From the NCBI RefSeq assembly GCF_009914755.1, contig NC_060927.1: a stretch of 64,000 nt of DNA. One strand, given 5' to 3'. The first letter of the stretch is position 1, and each line of letters opens with the position of its first letter. The notes under the pieces are model-generated. The model worked only from the letters and a program-made list of their open reading frames with translations. It did no database searches and had not been told where the DNA came from. This DNA is from the human T2T-CHM13v2.0 reference genome, Homo sapiens. A program made the translations under genes and the position numbers. This document shows, in pieces, positions 13,801 to 28,800 of this stretch.

Positions 13801-16800
13801 ACTGTACATATAATATCAATGTACCCCAAATATATATTTTATACTCTACATGAAATATCAAAGTTCACAAACCATACATTATATACTTTCCATAAAATAT
13901 CAAAGTACCCATGGCATATATTCTATACTGTACAAAAGATATCAAAGTACCCAAAGCATGTATTATATACTGTACATAAAATATGAAAGTACATCAAATA
14001 TATATTTTATTCTGTACATAAAATATCAAAGTACACCAGATATATATTCTATAGTGTACATAAAATATCAAAGTACCCAAACTATATATTATGTACTGTA
14101 CATAAAATATGAAATTACATCAAATATGTATTATATTAGGTACATAAAATATGAAAGTACATCAAATATAGATTATATACCGTACATAAAATATCAAAGT
14201 ACCCCAAATATATATTATATACTATACATGAAATATCAAATATCACAAACTATATATTATATACTGTACATAAAATATCAAAGTACCCAATGTATATATT
14301 CTATAGTGTACAAAAAATATCAAAGTACCCAAAGCATGTATTATATACTGTACATAAAATATAAAAGTACATCAAATATATATTTTATTCTGTACATAAA
14401 ATATGAAAGTACACCAGATATATATTCTATAGTGTACATAAAATATCAAAGTACCCAAACTATACATTATATACTGTACATAAAATATGAAATTACATCA
14501 AATATATATTATATCAGGTACTTAAAATATGAAAGTACATCAAATATAGATTATATACTGTACATAAAATATCAAAGTACCCCAAATATATATTATATAC
14601 TGTACATGAAATATCAAAGTTCACAACTATATATTATATACTGTACATAAAATATCAAAGTCCCCAAGGTATATATTCTACACTGTACAAAAAATATCAA
14701 AGTACACAAAGCATGTATTATATACTGTACATAAAATATGAAATTACATCAAATATATATTATATTAGGTACATAAAATATGAAAGTACATCAAATATAG
14801 ATTATATACTGTACATAAAATATCAAAGTACCCCAAATATATATTATATACTGTACATGTAATATCAAAGTTCACAACTATATATTACATACTGTACATA
14901 AAATATCAAAGTACCCAAGGTATATATTCTATACTGTACAAAAAATATCAAAGTACCCAAAGCATGTATTATATACTGTACATAAAATATGAAAGTACAT
15001 CAAATATATATTTTATTCTGTACATAAAATATCAAAGTACACCAGATATATATTCTATAGTGTATATAAAATATCAAGGTACCCAAACTATACATTATAT
15101 ACTGTACATAAAATATGAAATTACATCAAATATATATTATATTAGGTACATAAAATATGAAAGTACATGAAGTATAGATTATATACTGTACATAAAATAT
15201 CAAAGTACCCCAAATTTATATTATATACTATACATGAAATATCAAAGTTCACAAACTATATATTATATACTGTACATAAAATATCAAAGTACCCAAGGTA
15301 TATATTCTATAGTGTACAAAAAATATCAAAGTACCCAAAGCATGTATTATATACCGTACATAAAATATAAAATTACATCAAATATATATTTTATTCTGTA
15401 CATAAAATATCAAAGTACACCAGATATATATTCTATAGAGTACTTAAAATATCAAAGTACCCAAACTATACATTACATACTGTACATAAAATATGAAATT
15501 ACATCAAATATATATTATAATAGGTACATAAAGTATGAAAGTACATCAAATATAGATTATATACTGTACATTAAATACGAAAGTACCCCAAATATATATT
15601 TTATACTGTACATGAAATATCAAAGTACCCAAGGTATATATTCTATACTGTACAAAAAATATCAAAGTGCCCAAAGCATGTATTACAAACTGTACAGAAA
15701 ATATGAAAGTCCATCAAATATATATTTTATTCTGTACATAAAATATCAAAGTACACCAGATAGATATTCTATAGTGTACGTAAAATATCAAAGTACCCAA
15801 ACTATACATTATATACTGTACATAAAATATGAAATTACATCAAATATATATTATATTAGGTACATAAAATATGAAAGTACATCAAATATAGATTATATAC
15901 TGTACATTAAGTACCAAAGTACCCCAAATATATATTTTATACTGTACATGAAATATCAAAGTTCACAAACTATATATTATATACTGTACATAAAATATCA
16001 AAGTACCCAAGGTATATATTCTATAGTGTACAAAAAATATCAAAGTACCCAAAGCATGTATTATATACTGTACATAAAGTATGAAAGTACATCAAATATA
16101 TATTTTATTCTGTACATAAAATATCAAGGTACACCAGATATATATTCTATAGTGTACATAAAATATCAAAGTACCCAAACTATAAATTATATACTGTACA
16201 TAAAATATGAAATTACATCAAATATATATTATATTAGGTACATAAAATATGAAAGTACATCAAATATAGATTATATACTCTACATTAAATACCAAAGTAC
16301 CCCAAATATATATTTTATACTGTACATGAAATATCAAAGTTCACAAAGTATATATTATATACTGTACATAAAATATCAAAGTACCCAAGGTATATATTCT
16401 ATACTGTACAAAAGATATCAAAGTACCCAAAGCATGTATTATATACTGTACATAAAATATGAAAGTACATCATATATATATTTTATTCTGTACATAAAAT
16501 ATCAAAGTACACCAGATATATATTCTATAGTGTACATAAAATAACAAAGTACACAAACTATACATTATATACTGTACATAAAATATGAAATTACATCAAA
16601 TATATATTAGGTACATAAAATATGAAAGTACATCAAATATAGATTATATACTGTACATATAATATCAATGTACCTGAAATACATATTTTATACTCTACAT
16701 GAAATATCAAAGTTCACAAACCATATATTGTATACTGCACATAAAATATCAAAATACCCAAGGTATATATTCTATACTGTACAAAAAATATCAAAGTACC

Positions 16801-19800
16801 CAAAGCAGGTATTATATACTGTACATAAAATATGAAAGTACATCAAATATATATTTTATTCTGTACATAAAATATCAAAGTACACCAGATATATATTCTA
16901 TAGCGTACATAAAATATCAAAGTACACAAACTATACATTATATACTGTACATAAAATGTGAAATTACATCAAATATATATTATATTAGGTACATAAAATA
17001 TGAAAGTACATCAAATATAGATTATATACTGTAAATATAATATCAATGTACCCCAAATATATATTTTATACTCTACATGAAATATCAAAGTTCACAAACC
17101 ATATATTATATACTGTACATAAAATATCAAAGTACCCAAGGTATATATTCTATAGTGTACAAAAAATATCAAAGTACCCAAAGCATGTATTATATACTGT
17201 ACATAAAATATGAAAGTACATCAAATATATATTTTATTCTGTACATAAAATATCAAAGTACACCAGATATATATTCTATAGTGTATATAAAATATCAAAG
17301 TACCCAAACTATACATTATATACTGTACATAAAATATGAAATTACATCAAATATATATTATATTAGGTACATAAAATATGAAAGTACATGAAGTATAGAT
17401 TATATACTGTACATAAAATATCAAAGTACCCCAAATTTATATTATATACTATACATGAAATATCAAAGTTCACAAACTATATATTATATACTGTACATAA
17501 AATATCAAAGTACCCAAGGTATATATTCTATAGTGTACAAAAAATATCAAAGTACCCAAAGCATGTATTATATACCGTACATAAAATATAAAATTACATC
17601 AAATATATATTTTATTCTGTACATAAAATATCAAAGTACACCAGATATATATACTATAGTGTACATAAAATATCAAAGTACCCAAACTATACATTATACA
17701 CTGTACATAAAACATGAAATTATATCAAATATATATTAGGTACATAAAATATGAAAGTACATCAAATATAGATTATATACTGTAAATATAATATCAATGT
17801 ACCTAAAAATATATATTTTATACTCTACATGAAATATCAAAGTTCACAAACCATATATTATATACTGTACATAAAATATCAAAGTACCCAAGTTATATAT
17901 TCTATACTGTACAAAAAATATCAAAGTACCCAAAGCATGTATTATATACTGTACATAAAATATGAAAGTACATCAAATATATATTTTATTCTGTACATAA
18001 AATATCAAAGTACACCAGATATATATTCTATAGTGTACATAAAATATCAAAGTACCCAAACTATACATTATATACTGTACATAAAATATGTAATTACATC
18101 AAATATATATTATATTAGGTACATAAAATAAGAAAGTACATCAAATATAGATTATATACTGTACATAAAATATCAAAGTACCCCAAATATATATTATATA
18201 CTCTACATGAAATATCAAAGTTCACAAACTATATATTATATACTGTACATAAAATATCAAAGTACCCAAGGTATATATTCTATAGTGTACAAAAAATATC
18301 AAAGTACCCAAAGCATGTATTATATACCGTACATAAAATATAAAATTACATCAAACATATATTTTATTCTGTACATAAAATATCAAAGTACACCAGATAT
18401 ATATACTATAGTGTACATAAAATATCAAAGTACCCAAACTATACATTATACACTGCACATAAAATATGAAATTACATCAAATATATATTAGGTACATAAA
18501 ATATGAAAGTACATCAAATATAGATTATATACTGTAAATATAATATCAATGTACCCCAAATATATATTTTATACTCTACATGAAATATCAAAGTTCACAA
18601 ACCATATATTATATACTGTACATAAAATATCAAAGTACCCAAGGTATATATTCTATACTGTACAAAAAATATCAAAGTACCCAAAGCATGTATTATATAA
18701 TGTACATAAAATATGAAAGTACATCAAATATATATTTTATTCTGTACATAAAATATCAAAGAACACCAGATATATATTCTATAGTGTACATAAAATATCA
18801 AAGTACCCAAACTATACATTATATACTGTACATAAAATATGAAATTACATCATATATATATTAGGTACATAAAATATGAAAGTACATCAAATATATATTT
18901 TATTCTGTACATAAAATATCAAAGTACACCAGATATATATTCTATAGTGTACATAAAATAACAAAGTACACAAACTATAAATTATATACTGTACATAAAA
19001 TATGAAATTACATCAAATATATATTAGGTACATAAAATATGAAAGTACATCAAATATAGATTATATACTGTACATATAATATCAATGTACCCGAAATATA
19101 TATTTTATACTCTACATGAAATATCAAAGTTCACAAACCATATATTGTATACTGCACATAAAATATCAAAATACCCAAGGTATATATTCTATACTGTACA
19201 AAAAATATCAAAGTACCCAAAGCAGGTATTATATACTGTACATAAAATATGAAAGTACATCAAATATATATTTTATTCTGTACATAAAATATCAAAGTAC
19301 ACCAGATATATATTCTATAGCGTACATAAAATATCAAAGTACACAAACTATACATTATATACTGTACATAAAATATGAAATTACATCAAATATATATTAT
19401 ATTAGGTACATAAAATATGAAAGTACATCAAATATAGATTATATACTGTAAATATAATATTAATGTACCCCAAATATATATTTTATACTCTACATGAAAT
19501 ATCAAAGTTCACAAACCATATATTATATACTGTACATAAAATATCAAAGTACCCAAGGTATATATTCTATACTGTACAAAAAATATCAAAGTACCCAAAG
19601 CATGTATTATATACTGTACATAAAATATGAAAGTACATCAAATATATATTTTATTCTGTACATAAAATATCAAAGTACACCAGATATATATTCTATAGTG
19701 TACATAAAATATCAAAGTACCCAAACTATACATTATATACTGTACATAAAATATGAAATTACATCAAATATATATTATATTAGGTACATGAAATATGAAA

Positions 19801-22800
19801 GTACATCAGATATAGATTATATACTGTACATAAAATATCAAAGTACCCCAAATATATATTATATACTCTACATGAAATATCAAAGTTCACAAACTATATA
19901 TTATATACTGTATATAAAATATCAAAGTACACAAGGTATATATTCTATACTGTACAAAAAATATCAAAGTACCCAAAGCATGTGTTATATACTGTAGATA
20001 ATATATGAAAGTACATCAAATATATATTTTATTCTGTACATAAAATATCAAAGTACACCAGATATATATTCTATAGTGTACATAAAATATCAAAGTACCC
20101 AAACTATAAATTATATACTGTACATAAAATATGAAATTACATCAAATATATATTAGGTACATAAAATATGAAAGTACATCAAATAGATATTTTATTCTGT
20201 ACATAAAATATCAAAGTACACCAGATATATATTCTATAGTGTACATAAAATAACAAAGTACACAAACTATAAATTATATACTGTACATAAAATATGAAAT
20301 TACATCAAATATATATTAGGTACATAAAATATGAAAGTGCATCAAATATAGATTATATACTGTACATATAATATCAATGTACCCGAAATATATATTTTAT
20401 ACTCTACATGAAATATCAAAGTTCACAAACCATATATTGTATAGTGCACATAAAATATCAAAATACCCAAGGTATATATTCTATACTGTACAAAAAATAT
20501 CAAAGTACCCAAAGCAGGTATTATATACTGTACATAAAATATGAAAGTACATCAAATATATATTTTATTCTGTACATAAAATATCAAAGTACACCAGATA
20601 TATATTCTATAGCGTACATAAAATATCAAAGTACACAAACTATACATTATATACTGTACATAAAATATGAAATTACATCAAATATATATTATATTAGGTA
20701 CATAAAATATGAAAGTACATCAAATATAGATTATATACTGTACATTAAATACCAAAGTACCCCAAATATATATTTTATACTGTACATGAAATTTCAAAGT
20801 TCACAAACTATATATTATATACTGTACATAAAATATCAAAGTACCCAAGGTATATATTCTATAGTGTACAAAAAATATCAAAGTACCCAAAGCATGTATT
20901 ATATACTGTAGATAAAATATGAAAGTACATCAAATATATATTTTATTCTGTACATAAAATATCAAAGTACACCAGATATATATTCTATAGTGTACATAAA
21001 ATAACAAAGTACACAAACTATAAATTATATACTGTACGTAAAATATGAAATTACATCAAATATATATTAGGTACATAAAATATGAAAGTACATCAAATAT
21101 AGATTATATACTGTACATATAATATCAATGTACCCCAAATATATATTTTATACTCTACATGAAATATCAAAGTTCACAAACCATACATTACATACTTTCC
21201 ATAAAATATGAAAGTACCCATGGCATATATTCTATACTGTACAAAAGATATCAAAGTACCCAAAGCATGTATTATATACTGTACATAAAATATGAAAGTA
21301 CATCAAATATATATTTTATTCTGTACATAAAATATCAAAGTACACCAGATATATATTCTATAGTGTACATAAAATATCAAAGTACCCAAACTATATATTA
21401 TATACTGTACATAAAATATGAAATTACATCAAATATGTATTATATTAGGTACATAAAATATGAAAGTACATCAAATATAGATTATATACCGTACATAAAA
21501 TATCAAAGTACCCCAAATATATATTATATACTCTACATGAAATATCAAAGTTCACAAACTATATATTATATACTGTACATAAAATATAAAAGTACCCAAG
21601 GTATATATTCTATACTGTACAAAAAATATCAAAGTACCCAAAGCATGTATTATATACTGTATATAAAATAAGAAAGTACATTAAATATATTTTTTATTCT
21701 GTACATAAAATATCAAAGTACACCAGATATATATTCTATAGTGTACATAAAATAACAAAGTACACAAACTATAAATTATATACTGTACATAAAATATGAA
21801 ATTACATCAAATATATATTAGGTACATAAAATATGAAAGTACATCAAATATAGATTATGTACTGAACATATAATATCAATGTACCCCAAATATATATTTG
21901 ATACTCTACATGAAATATCAAAGTTCAGAAACCATACATTATATACTGTACATGAAATATCAAAGTACCCAAGGTATATATTCTATACTGTACAAAAAAT
22001 ATCAAAGTACCCAAAGCATGTATTACAAACTGTACAGAAAATATGAAAGTCCATCAAATATATATTTTTTTCTGTACATAAAATATCAAAGTACACCAGA
22101 TAGATATTCTATAGTGTACATAAAATATCAAAGTACCCAAACTATACATTATATACTGTACATAAAATATGAAATTACATCAAATATATATTATATTAGG
22201 TACATAAAATATGAAAGTACATCAAATATAGATTATATACTGTACATTAAGTACCAAAGTACCCCAAATATATATTTTATACTGTACATGAAATATCAAA
22301 GTTCACAAACTATATATTATATACTGTACATAAAATATCAAAGTACCCAAGGTATATATTCTATACTGTACAAAAAATATCAAAGTACCCAAAGCATGTA
22401 TTATATACTGTACATAAAGTATGAAAGTACATCAAATATATATTTTATTCTGTACATAAAATATCAAGGTACACCAGATATATATTCCATAGTGTACATA
22501 AAATATCAAAGTACCCAAACTATAAATTATATACTGTACATAAAATATGAAATTACATCAAATATATATTATATTAGGTACATAAAATATGAAAGTACAT
22601 CAAATATAGATTATATACTCTACATTAAATACCAAAGTACCCCAAATATATATTTTATACTGTACATGAAATATCAAAGTTCACAAAGTATATATTATAT
22701 ACTGTACATAAAATATCAAAGTACCCAAGGTATATATTCTATACTGTACAAAAGATATCAAAGTACCCAAAGCATGTATTATATACTGTACATAAAATAT

Positions 22801-25800
22801 GAAAGTACATCATATATATATTTTATTCTGTACATAAAATATCAAAGTACACCAGATATATATTCTATAGTGTACATAAAATAACAAAGTACACAAACTA
22901 TACATTATATACTGTACATAAAATATGAAATTACATCAAATATATATTAGGTACATAAAATATGAAAGTACATCAAATATAGATTATATACTGTACATAT
23001 AATATCAATGTACCTGAAATACATATTTTATACTCTACATGAAATATCAAAGTTCACAAACCATATATTGTATACTTCACATAAAATATCAAAGTACCCA
23101 AGGTATATATTCTATAGTGTACAAAAAATATCAAAGTACCCAAAGCATGTATTATATACTGTACATAAAATATGAAAGTACATCAAATATATATTTTATT
23201 CTGTACATAAAATATCAAAGTACACCAGATATATATTCTATAGTGTATATAAAATATCAAAGTACCCAAACTATACATTATATACTGTACATAAAATATG
23301 AAATTACATCAAATATATATTATATTAGGTACATAAAATATGAAAGTACATGAAGTATAGATTATATACTGTACATAAAATATCAAAGTACCCCAAATTT
23401 ATATTATATACTATACATGAAATATCAAAGTTCACAAACTATATATTATATACTGTACATAAAATATCAAAGTACCCAAGGTATATATTCTATAGTGTAC
23501 AAAAAATATCAAAGTACCCAAAGCATGTATTATATACCGTACATAAAATATAAAATTACATCAAATATATATTTTATTCTGTACATAAAATATCAAAGTA
23601 CACCAGATATATATACTATAGTGTACATAAAATATCAAAGTACCCAAACTATACATTATACACTGTACATAAAATATGAAATTATATCAAATATATATTA
23701 GGTACATAAAATATGAAAGTACATCAAATATAGATTATATACTGTAAATATAATATCAATGTACCCCAAATATATATTTTATACTCTACATGAAATATCA
23801 AAGTTCACAAACCATATATTATATACTGTACATAAAATATCAAAGTACCCAAGTTATATATTCTATACTGTACAAAAAATATCAAAGTACCCAAAGCATG
23901 TATTATATACTGTACATAAAATATGAAAGTACATCAAATATATATTTTATTCTGTACATAAAATATCAAAGTACACCAGATATATATTCTATAGTGTACA
24001 TAAAATGTCAAAGTACCCAAACTATACATTATATACTGTACATAAAATATGTAATTACATCAAATATATATTATATTAGGTACATAAAATAAGAAAGTAC
24101 ATCAAATATAGATTATATACTGTACATAAAATATCAAAGTACCCCAAATATATATTATATACTCTACATGAAATATCAAAGTTCACAAACTATATATTAT
24201 ATACTGTACATAAAATATCAAAGTACCCAAGGTATATATTCTATACTGTACAAAAAATATCAAAGTATCCAAAGCATGTTTTATATACTGTATATAAAAT
24301 ATGAAAGTACATTAAAGATATATTTTATTCTGTACATAAAATATCAAAATACACCAGATATATATTCTATAGTGTACATAAAATAACAAAGTACACAAAC
24401 TATAAATTATATACTGTACATAAAATATGAAATTACATGAAATATATATTAGGTACATAAAATATGAAAGTACATCAAATATAGATTATATACTGTACAT
24501 ATAATATCAATGTACCCCAAATATATATTTTATACTCTACATGAAATATCAAAGTTCACAAACCATACATTATATACTGTACATAAAATATCGAAGTACC
24601 CAAGTTATATATTCTATACTGTACAAAAGATATCAAAGTACCCAAAGCATGTTTTATATACTGTATATAAAATATGAAAGTACATCAAATATATATTATA
24701 TACTGTACATAAAATATCAAAGTACACCAGATATATATTTTATAGTGTACATAAAATATCAAAGTACCCAAACTATACATTATATACTGTACATAAAATA
24801 TGAGATTACATCAAATATATATTATATTAGGTACATAAAATATGAAAGTACATCAGATATAGATTATATACTGTACATAAAATATCAAAGTACCCCAAAT
24901 ATATATTATATACTGTACATGTAATATCAAAGTTCACAACTATATATTACATACTGTACATAAAATATCAAAGTACCCAAGGTATATATTCTATACTGTA
25001 CAAAAAATATCAAAGTACCCAAAGCATGTATTATATACTGTACATAAAATATGAAAGTACATCAAATATATATTTTATTCTGTACATAAAATATCAAAGT
25101 ACACCAGATATATATTCTATAGTGTACATAAAATATCAAAGTACCCAAACTATACATTATATACTGTACATAAAATATGAAATTACATCAAATATATATT
25201 ATATTAGGTACATAAAATATGAAAGTACATGAAGTATAGATTATATACTGTACATAAAATATCAAAGTACCCCAAATTTATATTATATACTATACATGAA
25301 ATATCAAAGTTCACAAACTATATATTATATACTGTACATAAAATATCAAAGTACCCAAGGTATATATTCTATAGTGTAAAAAAAATATCAAAGTACCCAA
25401 AGCATGTATTATATACCGTACATAAAATATAAAATTACATCAAATATATATTTTATTCTGTACATAAAATATCAAAGTACACCAGATATATATTCTATAG
25501 AGTACATAAAATATCAAAGTACCCAAACTATACATTACATACTGTACATAAAATATGAAATTACATCAAATATATATTATAATAGGTACATAAAGTATGA
25601 AAGTACATCAAATATAGATTATATACTGTACATTAAATACGAAAGTACCCCAAATATATATTTTATACTGTACATGAAATATCAAAGTACCCAAGGTATA
25701 TATTCTATACTGTACAAAAAATATCAAAGTACCCAAAGCATGTATTACAAACTGTACAGAAAATATGAAAGTCCATCAAATATATATTTTATTCTGTACA

Positions 25801-28800
25801 TAAAATATCAAAGTACACCAGATAGATATTCTATAGTGTACATAAAATATCAAAGTACCCAAACTATACATTATATACTGTACATAAAATATGAAATTAC
25901 ATCAAATATATATTATATTAGGTACATAAAATATGAAAGTACATCAAATATAGATTATATACTGTACATTAAGTACCAAAGTACCCCAAATATATATTTT
26001 ATACTGTACATGAAATATCAAAGTTCACAAACTATATATTATATACTGTACATAAAATATCAAAGTACCCAAGGTATATATTCTATACTGTACAAAAAAT
26101 ATCAAAGTACCCAAAGCATGTATTATATACTGTACATAAAGTATGAAAGTACATCAAATATATATTTTATTCTGTACATAAAATATCAAGGTACACCAGA
26201 TATATATTCTATAGTGTACATAAAATATCAAAGTACCCAAACTATAAATTATATACTGTACATAAAATATGAAATTACATCAAATATATATTATATTAGG
26301 TACATAAAATATGAAAGTACATCAAATATAGATTATATACTCTACATTAAATACCAAAGTACCCCAAATATATATTTTATACTGTACATGAAATATCAAA
26401 GTTCACAAACCATATATTATATACTGTACATAAAATATCAAAGTACCCAAGGTATATATTCTATAGTGTACAAAAAATATCAAAGTACCCAAAGCATGTA
26501 TTATATACCGTACATAAAATATAAAATTACATCAAATATATATTTTATTCTGTACATAAAATATCAAAGTACACCAGATATATATACTATAGTGTACATA
26601 AAATATCAAAGTACCCAAACTATACATTATACACTGTACATAAAATATGAAATTATATCAAATATATATTAGGTACATAAAATATGAAAGTACATCAAAT
26701 ATAGATTATATACTGTAAATATAATATCAATGTACCTAAAAATATATATTTTATACTCTACATGAAATATCAAAGTTCACAAACCATATATTATATACTG
26801 TACATAAAATATCAAAGTACCCAAGTTATATATTCTATACTGTACAAAAAATATCAAAGTACCCAAAGCATGTATTATATACTGTACATAAAATATGAAA
26901 GTACATCAAATATATATTTTATTCTGTACATAAAATATCAAAGTACACCAGATATATATTCTATAGTGTACATAAAATATCAAAGTACCCAAACTATACA
27001 TTATATACTGTACATAAAATATGTAATTACATCAAATATATATTATATTAGGTACATAAAATAAGAAAGTACATCAAATATAGATTATATACTGTACATA
27101 AAATATCAAAGTACCCCAAATATATATTATATACTCTACATGAAATATCAAAGTTCACAAACTATATATTATATACTGTACATAAAATATCAAAGTACCC
27201 AAGGTATATATTCTATAGTGTACAAAAAATATCAAAGTACCCAAAGCATGTATTATATACCGTACATAAAATATAAAATTACATCAAACATATATTTTAT
27301 TCTGTACATAAAATATCAAAGTACACCAGATATATATACTATAGTGTACATAAAATATCAAAGTACCCAAACTATACATTATACACTGCACATAAAATAT
27401 GAAATTACATCAAATATATATTAGGTACATAAAATATGAAAGTACATCAAATATAGATTATATACTGTAAATATAATATCAATGTACCCCAAATATATAT
27501 TTTATACTCTACATGAAATATCAAAGTTCACAAACCATATATTATATACTGTACATAAAATATCAAAGTACCCAAGGTATATATTCTATACTGTACAAGA
27601 AATATCAAAGTACCCAAAGCATGTATTATATAATGTACATAAAATATGAAAGTACATCAAATATATATTTTATTCTGTACATAAAATATCAAAGAACACC
27701 AGATATATATTCTATAGTGTACATAAAATATCAAAGTACCCAAACTATACATTATATACTGTACATAAAATATGAAATTACATCATATATATATTAGGTA
27801 CATAAAATATGAAAGTACATCAAATATATATTTTATTCTGTACATAAGATATCAAAGTACACCAGATATATATTCTATAGTGTACATAAAATAACAAAGT
27901 ACACAAACTATAAATTATATACTGTACATAAAATATGAAATTACATCAAATATATATTAGGTACATAAAATATGAAAGTACATCAAATATAGATTATATA
28001 CTGTACATATAATATCAATGTACCCGAAATATATATTTTATACTCTACATGAAATATCAAAGTTCACAAACCATATATTGTATACTGCACATAAAATATC
28101 AAAATACCCAAGGTATATATTCTATACTGTACAAAAAATATCAAAGTACCCAAAGCAGGTATTATATACTGTACATAAAATATGAAAGTACATCAAATAT
28201 ATATTTTATTCTGTACATAAAATATCAAAGTACACCAGATATATATTCTATAGTGTACATAAAATATCAAAGTACCCAAACTATACATTATATACTGTAC
28301 ATAAAATATGAAATTACATCAAATATATATTATATTAGGTACATAAAATACGAAAGTACATCAAATATAGATTATATACTGTACATAAAATATCAAAGTA
28401 CCCCAATATATATTATATACTGTACATGAAATATCAAAGTTCACAAACTATATATTATGTACTGTACATAAAATATCAAAGTACCCAAGGTATATATTCT
28501 ATACTGTACGAAAAATATCAAAGTACCCAAAGCATGTATTATATAATGTACATAAAATATGAAAGTACATCAAATATATATTTTATTCTGTACATAAAAT
28601 ATCAAAGAACACCAGATATATATTCTATAGTGTACATAAAATATCAAAGTACCCAAACTATACATTATATACTGTACATAAAATATGAAATTACATCATA
28701 TATATATTAGGTACATAAAATATGAAAGTACATCAAATATATATTTTATTCTGTACATAAAATATCAAAGTACACCAGATATATATTCTATAGTGTACAT

